Assembly: GCA_001661245.1 (NCBI GenBank)
Contig: KV454013.1
Coordinates: forward strand, 331,005-395,004
Reading direction: 5' to 3'
Source: Pachysolen tannophilus NRRL Y-2460
Taxonomy: Eukaryota
DNA length: 64,000 nt
Below are positions 46,127 to 60,117 of the stretch, piece after piece; positions within the stretch are counted from its first letter, which is position 1; each line of letters starts with the position of its first letter. Below the pieces are notes generated by a model, which worked only from the letters and a program-made list of their open reading frames with translations, searched no databases and was not told the origin of the DNA. Made by a program: the position numbers and the translations under genes.

Positions 46127-46514
46127 GGAAACACTGACCTGACTTGACACACCTTTTTTTTTTTGTAAGAGAAATTATTTGTCACTTGGTGACACGTAAA
46201 AACTGTGGTCGTTTGCAAAATATCAAACAACCAGAAAAAAACAAAAAAAACAATTTTGTTTGGCAGATTGTTTTTATGATTTTACGGGTATTTAAGTTTT
46301 GTTGACAGATTTCTTTAGAGTTTACGGGTTTTTAATTTTTGTTTTAAATTTTTAATTTTCCACCGAGAAAAAATTAGTGTTTTTTTCTTCCATCAACGGT
46401 AGCAGTATTATATACATATATACAGATAAATTGATTGAATTTATTAAATAAAGAAATTTAATTTTTCTTATTTTTCTTATAGGCTGGTTAGATTATACTA
46501 ATATCCTTTTGAGA

Positions 46515-47075
46515 ATGTTAAAATTTGTTTTCAGGAGCTTGACGAAGCAGTCGAGTATACCTATGATTGGGGCCAAATATGGAAGTTCTATGATGTCTTC
46601 AAATAATTTAATTTTTACAAGTTTTACTAAAAAAATAATTAATAATTTTAAATCACAAGAATTTAATTTTCCAATTTCACAGAAAAGGTTTGCAACATTA
46701 AATCAAATTAAAAGAGGTGGAGGTAGAATTAAGAGACCTGCAAGACAACCTGAAAGTCCAGATTTAGAAAATTGTCCTATTAAAAAAGGAGTTGTTGTTA
46801 GAGTAATGATTTTAAAACCTAAAAAACCAAATTCTGCTCAAAGAAAAGCTGCAAGAGTTAGATTATCAAATGGGAAAGTTGTTTCTGCTTATATTCCAGG
46901 TGAAGGTCATAATGCTCAAGAACATAGTGTTGTTTATGTTAGAGGAGGAAGAGTCCAAGATTTACCTGGTGTAAAGTATCATCTTATTCGTGGTGCAATG
47001 GACTTGAGTGGTGTTGCCAATAAAATTACAGCAAGATCCAAATACGGAGTTAAAAAACCACAAAAGACTAGTTAG
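46515..47075 (+). CDS. MRPS12: Mitochondrial ribosomal protein uS12m
   Basis: Presequence followed by [25 protein letters not shown] and [13 protein letters not shown]. Confidence 0.95.
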   Translation: MLKFVFRSLTKQSSIPMIGAKYGSSMMSSNNLIFTSFTKKIINNFKSQEFNFPISQKRFATLNQIKRGGGRIKRPARQPESPDLENCPIKKGVVVRVMILKPKKPNSAQRKAARVRLSNGKVVSAYIPGEGHNAQEHSVVYVRGGRVQDLPGVKYHLIRGAMDLSGVANKITARSKYGVKKPQKTS

Positions 47076-47422
47076 TTTATTTAAAATCTTGTAAATATAT
47101 ATAAAAATAAAATTCATACAACCTATTACAAAGAAATTTAATTCTTCTTATCGTGGTGCAGGATGTAGTGGTGCAGGGTGTATAAAGAAAAAATAAGAAA
47201 GTAGTGTTTTAAGTATCAATTCGTCGAATTTGGGAATTTTCTGTTTTTTTTAATTTGTTTTTGGACAAATTTCTTAAAAGCTGTTTTCTGTTATCTGTGT
47301 GTAATAATAGAAGAATAAGAAGAAGTTTTAGTTAGTTAATATATATAAATATATGTTTAATTTATTTAATCAATTGAATCAGTAATCAATTGAATTATTT
47401 GATTTAGTAGCAGAGGATTAAG

Positions 47423-48439
47423 ATGTTACAATTGGAATCAGAAAACTTGTTAATTCAAGAAACTTTTTCTAAAGCTTTTGAACTGAATTATGAACCAACT
47501 AATTTAGATAGAATTATTACAGATTTTGATTTTACAACTTATCATATTTCTACACCAGAATTAAAAACAAAAATTTTATTTTCTATTAAGATTAAATGTT
47601 TTGAAGATTTAGTAAAATATGGAGTTTTCGAAATTTTAAAATTGAAATATTCTACTCCAAATATTACTATATTATCTGAACCTCAACAAGGTTATGATTT
47701 TTCTCTTTATATTGATATTGAAAATTTAAAATTTAATAATGAAGATGAAAAATTAGAATTAATTGAAAATTTAAGTTTATTAAAAAGAAATTGTTTTTCA
47801 GCACCATTTTTAAAAGCATTTAATAGATATGATGAATTATCTAAATTATCACCACCAGATCCAAATAATTTATATGGTGTTGATAATATAACTTCAGATA
47901 CTAATAAAGAAGAAGTATTAACTATTAGTTATAGGGATTTAGAATCAATTTATATAAAACCTTCAAATGATAGAGTTACAGTGATTTTTTCAACAATTTT
48001 TAAAGATGAAACTGATAAAGTTTTATCAAAAGTTTTTTTACAAGAATTTAGTGATGCTAGGAAAAGATCAGTACAAAAAGCACCTCAAGTTATAAATTCT
48101 CATAAAGAACCTCCTTTAGAAATCCGTCATTTGATTAGACCTACAACAAGTGAGGGACAAACATCATATATTACGTTTGTCTTGTTTCCAAGACATTTGA
48201 CCCAACTGGCAAGATGGAATACAATAACTCATATTCAATTATTTAGATCGTATTTCCATTACCATATAAAGATTGCAAAATGTTATTTGCATCAAAGAAT
48301 GAGATATAGAGTCAGTGGTTTCATGAAAGTCTTAAATAGAGCAAAGATAGATAGTGATGAAGGTGAACTTGCAGCTGATGGTTCTGGTGTAAAAGAAAGG
48401 AAAACAGCTACAGGAAGAAGATTTGAAGTTAGAATTTAA
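47423..48439 (+). CDS. ARC35: Arp2/3 complex subunit ARPC2 (p34)
   Basis: DFDFTTYHIS, LLKRNCF.APF, DRVTVIFST.FKDE.D, YITFVLFPRH and YFHYHIK. Confidence 0.95.
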   Translation: MLQLESENLLIQETFSKAFELNYEPTNLDRIITDFDFTTYHISTPELKTKILFSIKIKCFEDLVKYGVFEILKLKYSTPNITILSEPQQGYDFSLYIDIENLKFNNEDEKLELIENLSLLKRNCFSAPFLKAFNRYDELSKLSPPDPNNLYGVDNITSDTNKEEVLTISYRDLESIYIKPSNDRVTVIFSTIFKDETDKVLSKVFLQEFSDARKRSVQKAPQVINSHKEPPLEIRHLIRPTTSEGQTSYITFVLFPRHLTQLARWNTITHIQLFRSYFHYHIKIAKCYLHQRMRYRVSGFMKVLNRAKIDSDEGELAADGSGVKERKTATGRRFEVRI

Positions 48440-48597
48440 TCAAAAAAAAAAATTAACTTCTCTTCTATATGATTTTTATTTTTATTCTTTTTTATTATTA
48501 TTTTTTATTTTAGCAAAAAACAAAAACAAAAAAAAAAAGCAAAAGGAACTAACTCTCTTTGATCATTTGTACTTTGGAAAATAAACTTAAAATGTTA

Positions 48598-48604
48598 TTA
48601 GTAA
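48598..48604. promoter_or_regulatory. Candidate Yap1 response element upstream of TRR1
   Basis: TTAGTAA (TTACTAA on the other strand) about 575 bp upstream of the TRR1 ATG. TRR1 is a known Yap1/Cap1 target in other yeasts, but this is a short motif in AT-rich DNA. Confidence 0.4.
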
Positions 48605-49178
48605 ATCAACGATAAATCCGTCATTGAATTTTAAAAATATTCCTCTATCTATAGAAAAAAAAAAAAAAAAAAAAAACTCTTCCAGAATAATCAGAAGATA
48701 ATCTCGAATTTAACTTCTCACATTCCACAATTCGTCTTTTGAATTTTATTGGTAATCACAAAAATTTCTTCGGTCAATTTCTCATCATCACCATCATCAT
48801 TATCATCTCTTCCTTATCAATTTCCCCAGTTCTAGGCCATAAAATGAACCTAAACCACAAAGAGTAGTGCGTTTGAGCACAAAAACACGTATTGGGTGAT
48901 CATTGAAAAGCTAGATTTTGGTCCAATTATTAATCACTGTAAAGTATTTAAATATAATTTTATTTAAATTTCTTTCGTTTCCAATTCTAAAATTAAGAAT
49001 ATTTAATTGAATAATTTTGCAAATCAATAAGTTTGTATAATTTCTATTATTTAACTATATTCAATTTTTTTTTTTCTGTCTTGTTTCTTTTGTTTGATCG
49101 GGTTAAAATAGACAAAAAAGTATTTTATTTTTGAAAAGAAATAAAGGAAAAAAAAATTTCAATTTTTAATTTTTTATA

Positions 49179-50144
49179 ATGTCAAGTATTCCAAAGAGAG
49201 CAGTTATTATTGGTAGTGGGCCAGCCGCTCATACAGCTGCCATCTATTTAGCTAGAGCTGAAATTAAACCAACTTTATACGAAGGTATGTTGGCTAATGG
49301 TATTGCCGCTGGTGGTCAACTTACTACAACCACTGATATTGAAAATTTTCCAGGTTTCCCACAAGGTATATTAGGTTCAAAATTAATGGATAATATGAGA
49401 GATCAAAGTTTAAGATTTGGTACAGAAATTATAACAGAAACTGTATCAAAAGTTGATTTATCTACAAGACCTTTTAAATTATGGACTGAATTTAATGAAG
49501 ATGGTGAACCAATATTGGCTGAATCAGTTATAATCGCTACAGGTGCATCGGCAAAGAGATTACATTTACCAGGTGAAGAAACTTATTGGCAACAAGGTAT
49601 TTCTGCATGTGCTGTTTGTGATGGTGCTGTTCCAATTTTTAGAAACAAGCCATTGGCAGTTGTTGGAGGTGGTGATTCTGCTTGTGAAGAAGCATTATTT
49701 TTAACTAAATATGGTTCAAAAGTTTTCCTTATTGTTAGAAAAGATCATTTAAGAGCCTCTACTATTATGCAAAGAAGAGTTCAAGCAAATGAAAAATTAG
49801 AAATTGTTTATAACACAATTAGTTTGGAAGCTAAAGGTGATGGTAAGTTGTTAAACGCTTTAAGTATTAAAAATGTAAAGACAAATGAAATTAAAGATTT
49901 AGCTGTTAATGGATTATTCTATGCTATAGGTCATACTCCAGCAACCAAAATTGTTCACGGTCAAGTAGAAACAGATGATCAAGGTTATATTAAGACAATT
50001 CCAGGTACTGCTCATACTTCTATTCCAGGTGTCTTTGCTGCTGGTGATGTTCAAGATAAACGTTACAGACAAGCTATCACTTCTGCTGGAACTGGTTGTA
50101 TGGCAGCTTTAGATTGTGAAAAATTCTTATCAGAGCTAGAATAA
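49179..50144 (+). CDS. TRR1: Thioredoxin reductase
   Basis: GSGPA, active-site CAVC, GGGDSA and FAAGDVQD. Confidence 0.98.
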   Translation: MSSIPKRAVIIGSGPAAHTAAIYLARAEIKPTLYEGMLANGIAAGGQLTTTTDIENFPGFPQGILGSKLMDNMRDQSLRFGTEIITETVSKVDLSTRPFKLWTEFNEDGEPILAESVIIATGASAKRLHLPGEETYWQQGISACAVCDGAVPIFRNKPLAVVGGGDSACEEALFLTKYGSKVFLIVRKDHLRASTIMQRRVQANEKLEIVYNTISLEAKGDGKLLNALSIKNVKTNEIKDLAVNGLFYAIGHTPATKIVHGQVETDDQGYIKTIPGTAHTSIPGVFAAGDVQDKRYRQAITSAGTGCMAALDCEKFLSELE

Positions 50145-50397
50145 AATAAAGAATCTTGATATGTTTTATGTTTTCAGTAATTGCTTTTCTTGATAATAAA
50201 TTTATCTGATACAGATATATATATATATATATAAACGATTTATCATTGTTTTATTCTCACATCCATTTTTATATGACGATATAATATAATAAATAGAAAT
50301 TGTTTGTCACTACCTACATTTCACATGGTTATATAAAAATTAATTAATTGTAGTTTATTAATAATGATATTGTAATCTCAGGTTATTTGTTATCTAA

Positions 50398-51714
50398 TTA
50401 AATTCTAAATGATTTATGGAAATCTTTTCCTGCATAAATAGCTTTTGATCCCAATTGCTCTTCAATTCTTAAAAGTTGATTTAATTTGGCTAATCTTTCA
50501 GATCTAGCTGGAGCACCTGTCTTGATTTGACCAGCTCTTAAACCGACAGATAAATCAGCAATAAAAGCATCTTCAGTTTCACCAGATCTGTGAGATACCA
50601 TAACACCCCAACCGGCAGCGTATGAATCTTTTGCAGCATTGATTGACTCGGACAAGGTACCAATTTGGTTAACTTTTAATAACAATGCATTGGCAGCTTT
50701 TTTTTGAATAGCAGTCTTAATTCTTTGAGTGTTGGTGACAGTTAAGTCATCTGCAACAATTTGGAATCCAGTGTCTATCTTGGAAACAAGACTAGACCAT
50801 GATTCCCAGTCATCTTCAGCAAATGGATCTTCAATTGAAACAATTGGGTACTCTTTTATCAATTCGATATACAACGAAGCTAATTCAGATCCAGTTAACC
50901 ATTTTGATTTATCAGAGTTTGGATTCTTGAAATCTAAATCATATTTACCATCCTTATAGAATTCTGACGAAGCTGCATCTAAAGCAATACTAATTCTACC
51001 TTCATAACCTGCTTGTTTAATGGCTGTATAAATTAAATCCAAAGCTTCCTTCAGAGTAGTAATATCTGGAGCAACACCACCTTCATCACCAACATTACCT
51101 GCAGATTGACCGTACAATTTCTTAGCCAATGATTTTAAAGTATGGTAAACTTCTGAACCAATTCTTAAAGCTTCACTGAAACTTGGAGCATCTGTTGGAA
51201 CAATCATAAATTCTTGGAATGCTAAAGCACCACCAGCATGGGAACCACCATTAAGAACGTTTTGGAATGGAACTGGTAAAACGTATGGTTCTGGGGATTT
51301 AGCTAATGAAGCAACGTGTTGATATAATGGAACACCTTTTTCAGCAGCAGCAGCCTTAGCAACAGCTAAGGAAACACCCAAGATAGCATTGGCTCCTAAT
51401 TTAGATTTATTTGGAGTACCGTCCAATTTTAAAAGGAAATCGTCAACAGCAGCCTGGTCCTTAACATCAAGGTTAGCCTTAACTAAAGATGGAGCAATAA
51501 TCTCATTAACATTAGCAACAGCTTTCAAGACACCTTTACCTAACCATTTCGATTTGTCACCATCTCTCAATTCCAAAGCCTCATGAATACCAGTTGAAGC
51601 ACCAGATGGAACAATAGTTCTAAAGAGACCTTTCTCTGTATGAAGATCAACTTCTACTGTAGGATTACCCCTCGAATCGTAAATATAACGAGCAAAAATT
51701 TTTTCAATCGCCAT
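50398..51714 (-). CDS. ENO: Enolase, tandem paralogue B (more divergent copy)
   Basis: Full-length 438 aa with [28 protein letters not shown] and SHRSGET. Confidence 0.97.
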   Translation of the reverse strand: MAIEKIFARYIYDSRGNPTVEVDLHTEKGLFRTIVPSGASTGIHEALELRDGDKSKWLGKGVLKAVANVNEIIAPSLVKANLDVKDQAAVDDFLLKLDGTPNKSKLGANAILGVSLAVAKAAAAEKGVPLYQHVASLAKSPEPYVLPVPFQNVLNGGSHAGGALAFQEFMIVPTDAPSFSEALRIGSEVYHTLKSLAKKLYGQSAGNVGDEGGVAPDITTLKEALDLIYTAIKQAGYEGRISIALDAASSEFYKDGKYDLDFKNPNSDKSKWLTGSELASLYIELIKEYPIVSIEDPFAEDDWESWSSLVSKIDTGFQIVADDLTVTNTQRIKTAIQKKAANALLLKVNQIGTLSESINAAKDSYAAGWGVMVSHRSGETEDAFIADLSVGLRAGQIKTGAPARSERLAKLNQLLRIEEQLGSKAIYAGKDFHKSFRI

Positions 51715-52585
51715 TTGTCAATTTTAAATTCAATATCTCCTTTTTCAAAAGAAAAAAAAATTTTTTTTGTGTAAGAAGATATTCAATTCAATTTATACTT
51801 TAATGATATATGGGTCCTATAGCAACATTGGCAGAACTTTTCTTTTTTTTTTTAGGGAGAAAGGAGAGCAATAAAAACCTAACATTTGGCAAACCTTTTT
51901 TTTTTTCTCTCTCTTTCTTTCTTTCTGAAGAATAACCTTTCAACCTTCGAAAATGTTAGATCAGCATAGTAACTAGTACAAGTTTTGATGCAAGGCTACA
52001 TACAAACTCTCGGAATAATGTTCATGTATGTCAATTGTCTTAATTGAATTATCATGCTTGGATAATCTAACGTTGAAAATCGTTATAAAATCTTAAGCTT
52101 TTTAATTCTACCAAGTTAGGAAAACCCATAAATTTTTTTTTGAAATTCCTAGCTTTCTTTCTAGGTTTTATTTAAAGCATCAATGAATCCCAGTGAAGAT
52201 AGATTTTGATCAAAATTAGTAGCCTTTCATCAGTATCTTCACCATAGGTTAGATGGAAAACTTTAAAATGGGTTTAAGACTGCATAAAATCTCGGGAAGT
52301 TTCCTCTTATGGAAGTTATGGTTTTAACGCACTACTGATGCTGAATTTTTCAATTGAAATTGAATGGAAATTCGGAATAAAGAGGAGAGGAGGGTATACT
52401 AGAAACAACTTGATAAATTGAGTTTATGTGTTAAGTCAATTAGATATCATAAAATACTAAAAGATTATATATATATTTAAAAAAAGTCAATTAGGAAACA
52501 GTGAATCAGAAAAAAAAAAAAACATAACAAAACAAAACAAACAAAAACAATGAGTCTTTTTTTTCATAATCAAAAGTCATTTTAT

Positions 52586-53902
52586 TTAGATTGCAACTGA
52601 TTTGTGGAAGTCTTTACCGGCATAGACAGCTTTGCTACCTAATTCTTCTTCGATTCTTAAGATTTGGTTTAACTTAGCTAATCTTTCAGATCTTGCTGGG
52701 GCACCGGTCTTAATTTGACCAGCTCTTAAACCAACAGATAAATCAGCAATAAAAGTATCTTCAGTTTCACCAGATCTGTGAGATACCATAACACCCCAAC
52801 CGGCAGCGTATGAATCTTTTGCGGCATTGATTGATTCGGACAAGGTACCGATTTGGTTAACTTTTAATAACAATGCATTAGCAGCCTTCTTTTGAATAGC
52901 AGTCTTAATTCTAATTGGGTTAGTAACGGTTAAATCATCACCAACAATTTGTAAACGGGAACCTTCTTTCTCGTAAAAGTGGACCCAAGCTTCCCAATCA
53001 TCTTCAGCAAATGGATCTTCAATTGAAACAATTGGGTATTCTTTGATCAATTGACCATATAATGAGGCTAACTGAGGTCCAGTTAACCATTTTGATTTAT
53101 CAGAGTTTGGATTCTTGAAATCTAAATCGTATTTACCATCCTTGTAAAATTCTGATGATGCAACATCCAAAGCAATACCAACACGACCTTCATAACCTGC
53201 TTGTTTAATAGCAGTGTTAACTAAATCCAAAGCTTCTTTTGGAGTAGCAATATCTGGAGCAACACCACCTTCATCACCAACGTTACCTGCAGATTGACCG
53301 TATAATTTCTTAGCCAATGATTTTAAAGTGTGGTAAACTTCTGAACCAATTCTTAAAGCTTCACTGAAACTTGGAGCATCTGTTGGAACAATCATGAATT
53401 CTTGGAATGCTAAAGCACCACCAGCATGGGAACCACCATTAAGAACATTTTGGAATGGAACAGGTAAAACGTATGGTTCTGGGGATTTAGCCAATGAAGC
53501 AATGTGTTGATACAATGGAACACCCTTTTCAGCGGCAGCAGCCTTAGCAACAGCTAAGGAAACACCCAAGATAGCATTGGCTCCTAATTTAGATTTATTT
53601 GGAGTACCATCTAATTTTAAAAGGAAATCATCAACAGCAGCTTGATTTTTAACATCAAGGTTAGCCTTAACAACAGCTGGAGCAATGATTTCATTAACAT
53701 TAGCAACAGCTTTTAAGACACCTTTACCTTGCCATTTTGACTTATCACCATCTCTCAATTCCAATGCTTCATGAATACCAGTTGAAGCACCAGATGGAAC
53801 AATAGATCTGAAAAGACCCTTTTCAGTGTGGAGATCAACTTCTACAGTTGGATTACCTCTTGAATCATAAACGTAACGAGCAAATACTTTTTGAATAGCC
53901 AT
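52586..53902 (-). CDS. ENO1: Enolase, tandem paralogue A
   Basis: Full-length 438 aa with all enolase signature motifs. It has a long upstream region with a TATA-like element. Confidence 0.97.
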   Translation of the reverse strand: MAIQKVFARYVYDSRGNPTVEVDLHTEKGLFRSIVPSGASTGIHEALELRDGDKSKWQGKGVLKAVANVNEIIAPAVVKANLDVKNQAAVDDFLLKLDGTPNKSKLGANAILGVSLAVAKAAAAEKGVPLYQHIASLAKSPEPYVLPVPFQNVLNGGSHAGGALAFQEFMIVPTDAPSFSEALRIGSEVYHTLKSLAKKLYGQSAGNVGDEGGVAPDIATPKEALDLVNTAIKQAGYEGRVGIALDVASSEFYKDGKYDLDFKNPNSDKSKWLTGPQLASLYGQLIKEYPIVSIEDPFAEDDWEAWVHFYEKEGSRLQIVGDDLTVTNPIRIKTAIQKKAANALLLKVNQIGTLSESINAAKDSYAAGWGVMVSHRSGETEDTFIADLSVGLRAGQIKTGAPARSERLAKLNQILRIEEELGSKAVYAGKDFHKSVAI

Positions 53903-54298
53903 TGTGAATTAATTTATTTATATAGAAATTATTAATTAATAATATTATTATTATTATAATAATTATTATTAAATCTAAATTACGGTTAAAGTATAATTTT
54001 ATTAAAAGGAGGTGGATCTTCCCCTTTATATATGCTTTTGAAAAAAAATTGATGCTTCAACGAGAAAATAGACATTAACCTTTTTTTTTTTCTTTCTTTT
54101 TCCCTCATCTTTCTCATCCTCTCCCCTTTCACCGCCCAATTCCTTAATTTTCTCAGACCGCCCTCCGCCAAACAAGCGGGCGGAAAACTTCTTTCCACCG
54201 CGAACGACATGTTAAGTTTACTTAAAAAAACGGCGAGTGACATTGTCAACTGATGACGAAAAATTAAAAAATTAAAAAAAGTACCAAAAATTACCAGC

Positions 54299-54330
<32 letters not shown>

Positions 54331-55956
54331 CAACCACGAGGTTAAGCACGTTAGTAGTGGTGTGTATATTCTACGGTACTACTGGAATTGAATAGTATAT
54401 TAAAAAGAAAATGAGATATGAGATAATGGGCTAATAAGCTAATAGGCTATACTGATTAATTTAATACTAGAGGTAATTGAATTGGTACCGGGGTTGAGTA
54501 CCCACACCAGCTCATCTCAATTGCCTATCAATATTGTGTCATTAGTTCATTTGAACTTAAGAATTGTGTGTGTGTATGAGAGAAAAAGAGAGACATCTTG
54601 AGCTGATCTAGTAGTAGTGCACATAACCTTTTTTTTTTTTTTTTGCTTTTTGTTTTTTCTTTACCATCTTTGCTGGCAGGAATTTCGCAATATCTACAAA
54701 AGCTCACGTGATTTTTATATAGGTTGACACAACACATTATTATGAGGAACCATAATAATTCTTACACTACTACTATCAGTCGATAACTTAATAAAACGTT
54801 GTGAGAGGGCACTTTATAAACTGTTTTCAATTTAATGCAAGTAGTATAAGTATACAGTACATGCCACCTGCAGTGATTAGGAATTATATATAACTTATAC
54901 TAGTGGTTTGAGTCCTGGTCACACCAGAGCAAAAATTTCTTTCACTTCTTCTATAATCATAAGAGCAGTGTAGGGAATAATAGCCAAATAACTTTTAATT
55001 TCCCCAGGTGGTGCATATAGAGCCAAAGTACATGTTTTAGGAAAGAACAATTTGTGTACCATTTTCTTTACAAATAAGGAATTTCATTTCTGCAATATGA
55101 GAACACTTAACATAGATAAAATATCTTTTTTAATACTTGAGAGCAAGTGTAAACTAATTAATTAATTAATTGATTGACAATAAGCATGTTAGTTATTTAA
55201 GAGTAGAAAAAAAAAAAGTTTTTTTTTTTTCTTCTTTTAAATACATTAAAGTGTATGTCTGTATGTCCATCACCATATAAATGTTTAATACCGCTTCTTC
55301 TTCCTAATAATAATAATAATACTTACTCTTTCTATCTAAATTACATAACATAAAAATTTACAAGTCTAATACTTTTCAACCAATCTTCAACTTATCTAAA
55401 TTTTAAAGGGGCTATTTTACTATTATTTTTTATTTCCAAAGAAAGAAATTTAGAGACTTTTGAAGTTGAGGTTGAAATTTTTTTTTTTTTTTTTTTTTTC
55501 TTTTTTAATATAATGATACGATAGAACAACCAATTAATCAATTTTAACAAAATAGAAGAAAACTGCGCCTACAGAAGCTATAATAATACCTCATAAAGAA
55601 CTTTATTTGCCATCTTTACCAATTGTAGGCCCTAGATACATAATCAATAAACGACCCTAGAATAAATACCTATTTAATTTTTGTTTTTTTTTTTGGTTCC
55701 TGAAAAGTTTGTTTACCAATTCCTAATATGGCGGTATAGTAAATAGCTTAGGAAAAAAAAAATAAAGAGCAAAAATTATTTATTACCTTAAACGAAATTT
55801 TATGCTGTTGTAGTTGTACTTTATAATAATACTAGAATACATACTCTGTAATAGAGTTAAAAAAGAGAAATTTGCATTCTTTATGTTTTAGATCAAAAAG
55901 CAAACTAACAGAATTGCAGAAATAAAAGGTTTCCATATAACGATTAGTATCTATAA

Positions 55957-55999
<43 letters not shown>

Positions 56000-56088
56000 C
56001 ATGTATGTGTATATACTTATATATACGTCGTAATCGTGAATACAAAATTTAGAGTATATGGAAGATAGAAATTGTCATATATAGTAAA

Positions 56089-56134
56089 ATGTTTAATTCC
56101 TCTAAAGACACAGAGAATAGCGGTAATAGCAATC

Positions 56135-56176
<42 letters not shown>

Positions 56177-59100
56177 GCAATTCCGTATTATTGAGGAACA
56201 AACATATATCAAAGATTATATTAATCTTATTAATATTTATTGGGGGATTATTTTCATTAATAATTGGTATAACATTCATTTCAAATAATCAAATTGGACC
56301 AGATGTTGGTGCATGTCGTAATATATTCATGTATCCAAGTTATATGAGAGTTAATGGATTTGATGAATCACATACAAAATATGCTAAAAAATATTCTTTA
56401 TTTTTATATAGAGAACAAAATTTGGATCCGGATTTTACATTAGAACAAGGAATTCCAGTATTATTTATTCCAGGCAATGCAGGATCATATAAACAAGTCA
56501 GATCAATTCTGTCCCAAGTGGCAAACATGTATCATAAAGAATACAAGGGTAATGGTATGAAACTGAATTTGGATTTTTTTACCGCTGATTTTAATGAAGA
56601 TTTTACAGCATTCCATGGGCGGACAATGTCAGATCAAGCAGAATACCTTAATGAACTGATAAAATTTATCTTATCATTGTATAATGGTAAACGTAAGTCA
56701 GTTATACTTATTGGACATTCAATGGGTGGAATAGTGGCAAGGGTAATGGTAACTTTACCAAATTATTTAGAAGATTCAGTCAATACTATAATAACTCTAG
56801 CAGCACCTCATTCAGCAGCACCTGCAACATTCGATAGCGAAATATTGAAAATATATGCTCAAACTGATACTTTTTGGAAAAGCGCCTTTTCATTAGATAA
56901 TGGAGTTTCTAGAGATTTACATGAACTTGCTCATAGAAGATTAGCAGAAGTTTCATTGATTTCAATAACAGGAGGTTTAATAGATAATACATTACCTGCT
57001 GATTATACAAAAGTTTCTGGTCTCTTGCCATTGAATCAATCTTTTACTGTATTTACAACAGGAATACCCGATGTCTTTACAGCTATCGATCATTTGGCTG
57101 TAGTTTGGTGTGATCAATTAAGAAAAAAAATAAGTAAAACTTTATTGGAAATTATTGATAAAAAATCAAAAACTTGTACTTTGCCATTACCATTAAGAAT
57201 GGAAATATTTAGGAAAAATTTATTATCAGGTTTTGAAGAATATGCTAAACAAGATTTTGATGCATTTAAAGTTAAAAATTTATTATCAAGTTTTAATATT
57301 AGGTTTAAATTAGATAATGATCAGATAAATTCAAATACTTTAAGAATTCCAGCAACAATAGATAATTCAAAAGATCACAAGAAGGGGAAAATGAATTTAT
57401 TTAATATTAAACCAGAAGTTGCTAAAAAATCTCAATTTACTCTTTTGTCTTCATTACCTTTTATAAAAATTTCGGAATTATCTGACTCTGATACACCTTA
57501 TCCATCTGTATTAGGTTGCAGAACATCAACACCAACTTCGAAAAATGAGGAAGACGAAAATAATGAATACGAAGATGAGTTAATTATTGATTACACCACA
57601 ACCAATACAAATAAGTTTAGCGAATTAGAGTGTATTGATCTTATTAATGACTCTCATATAATTCCAAGATCTTCTTCAAATACTAAAGCAGCATCTGATT
57701 CTTCCACTGGAGGAGAAGTTACTCCTTTCTATGTGATACAGTATGATTCTGCTATATTACCAATATTCGATGCTATTATCGTTGTTGAATCCCCGAATGC
57801 AATAACAAATCAGGAGGATTTTATAATTGGAGAATTAGAATCTGAAGATGTTACTAACCTTAAATTAGGTGAAAAGAGTTTCTGGAAGTTAATAACTCGT
57901 GGTTATGATTTATCATTACCTTCAAGAAAACCGCTCAGTATTAATTTAAATTTGGAATCAGCTGTTTCGTCACTATTGGCATATAGAATTACCTTTAGTG
58001 GGATATCAACGTCTTCAAAACAGAAATTCTCACCTTTTATAAGACAATGGATACCAGAGCCATTTGAAACTAAATGGCATGTCAATTTGAAAAATGAGAA
58101 CACAAGATCGGTTTCATTTCATGGAATAGCTCCTTTCACACCATATAACAAAGGTATACATAGAAATTTGAATTTACAACTATGGACAGATCCGATTATG
58201 TTGGATGAAAATCCTTTAGATATTTATCTTAATGTCGACTTGTTAGGTAGTTTGAAATTGCTAGTCTTACGTTTTAGATTGGCTATGGTTTCTATTCCAG
58301 TCTCCATTTGTGTGTTAATACTCATAATACAATTGAGGTGTTATAACAGTACTGGTGTATTTATTTCATTTTGGGAAGGTTTACAAAAACTTTGTGATCC
58401 TAGATCTATGCTCCCAATTTTAGTTTTCCTCTCGCTGTTAACTCCATTACTAACTATTAAAAATGTGAATACTTTTATTTCATTTTTCAATCCAGTTGGA
58501 TTAACAGAGATGAATTTTGAAAACTATCAAACAAATAATTTGTTTTTAGGATTACAAGAAAATTATTTATTTTTGTTGGGTCCATTATTATTTATAATCG
58601 CCTTGTTTTTAGTTGCATTGTTATATCAGTGTGAGATAATTATTGGAAAGTTGATAACTATTTCGTATGGTATCGTAATTAAATCTCAAAAATATTCATT
58701 CCATGATTATTTACGTCGTCCACTTATTGAAAAATCGAACAAGGAACCATCGTCACTCAAGACACAAAATTCACTTTTTGTGATACCACCTTCTTTAGCA
58801 GGTAGTCAAGTTTTTTTACTAAAGTTTTTCAAATCCAGGAGTCAATTAATTGGAAGTTTACTTTTATTGACTGCTGTTTCCTTATATATACCTTATCAAT
58901 TTGCATATGTTATTTGTTGTGCTGTCCAAGTTGTTGTGGTTTTGAAAATTTTAATCAAATTCCATTATTACTATAATGAATCACCTAATTCAAATATAGC
59001 CGATGGAAATAAAGAAGATGGTTTATCGGATTCTTCAAGAGCATCATCACCTCTTGATGATTCGAAAACTGAATCTCAATCATCCACGAAATCTCCATTG

Positions 59101-59490
59101 GAACAACAGCAAGAAAGAAGAATTGCTTCAGGTACGAATAAGAAAAATTTAGTTAACTACTATATTACTATCTTGAACTTGATGATTTGGATCATTCCGA
59201 TAAATATTCCAATAATTGTGGTATTTATACATAATTTTTCAATAAGATGGTCTACTCCATTTTCATCACATCATAATTTCTTAGCTGTAATGCCCATATT
59301 ACTAATAGTTGAAAAACATGTTAATGGGAAGATGATTACAAATAAAACTAGAAGCAGGGCCATTAATTTATTCATTTATTGCCTATTGCTGTATTTTGTA
59401 TTTTTTGCTATACTATTTGGAATCAGAAGTTCCTTTTTCTTGAACCATTTATTGAACATGCTTTTCGGTATTTTACTATTCCAATTTTAG
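56089..59490 (+). CDS. BST1: GPI inositol-deacylase (PGAP1 family)
   Basis: N-terminal TM, PVLFIPGNAGSYKQVRS, DFNEDFTAFHG, lipase motif GHSMGG, DHLAVVWC and multiple C-terminal TMs. Confidence 0.95.
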
Positions 59491-59600
59491 ATTAACTTTT
59501 GTTTTTTATTGCTTTCTTTCCAGCTAAGATTTTTTGTCATTAAACTTAGAGGTCAACCACTACAACAATGAGAAAAGAAGAAAATAAGAAAATAAGAAAA

Positions 59601-59654
<54 letters not shown>

Positions 59655-60117
59655 NNNNNNNNNNNNNNNNNNNNNNNNNNNNNNNNNNNNNNNNNNNNNN
59701 NNNNNNNNNNNNNNNNNNNNNNNNNNNNNNNNNNNNNNNNNNNNNNNNNNNNNNNNNNNNNNNNNNNNNNNNNNNNNNNNNNNNNNNNNNNNNNNNNNNN
59801 NNNNNNNNNNNNNNNNNNNNNNNNNNNNNNNNNNNNNNNNNNNNNNNNNNNNNNNNNNNNNNNNNNNNNNNNNNNNNNNNNNNNNNNNNNNNNNNNNNNN
59901 NNNNNNNNNNNNNNNNNNNNNNNNNNNNNNNNNNNNNNNNNNNNNNNNNNNNNNNNNNNNNNNNNNNNNNNNNNNNNNNNNNNNNNNNNNNNNNNNNNNN
60001 NNNNNNNNNNNNNNNNNNNNNNNNNNNNNNNNNNNNNNNNNNNNNNNNNNNNNNNNNNNNNNNNNNNNNNNNNNNNNNNNNNNNNNNNNNNNNNNNNNNN
60101 NNNNNNNNNNNNNNNNN
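59655..60117. other. Assembly gap (N run) after a long poly-A
   Basis: Run of n characters. Confidence 1.

Noticed and set aside
54835..54927. tRNA-like B-box GGTTTGAGTCC followed by ...CACCA
   Set aside because: The invariant TTC is absent, the T-stem is imperfect, and I could not fold a cloverleaf. It is at most a relic.
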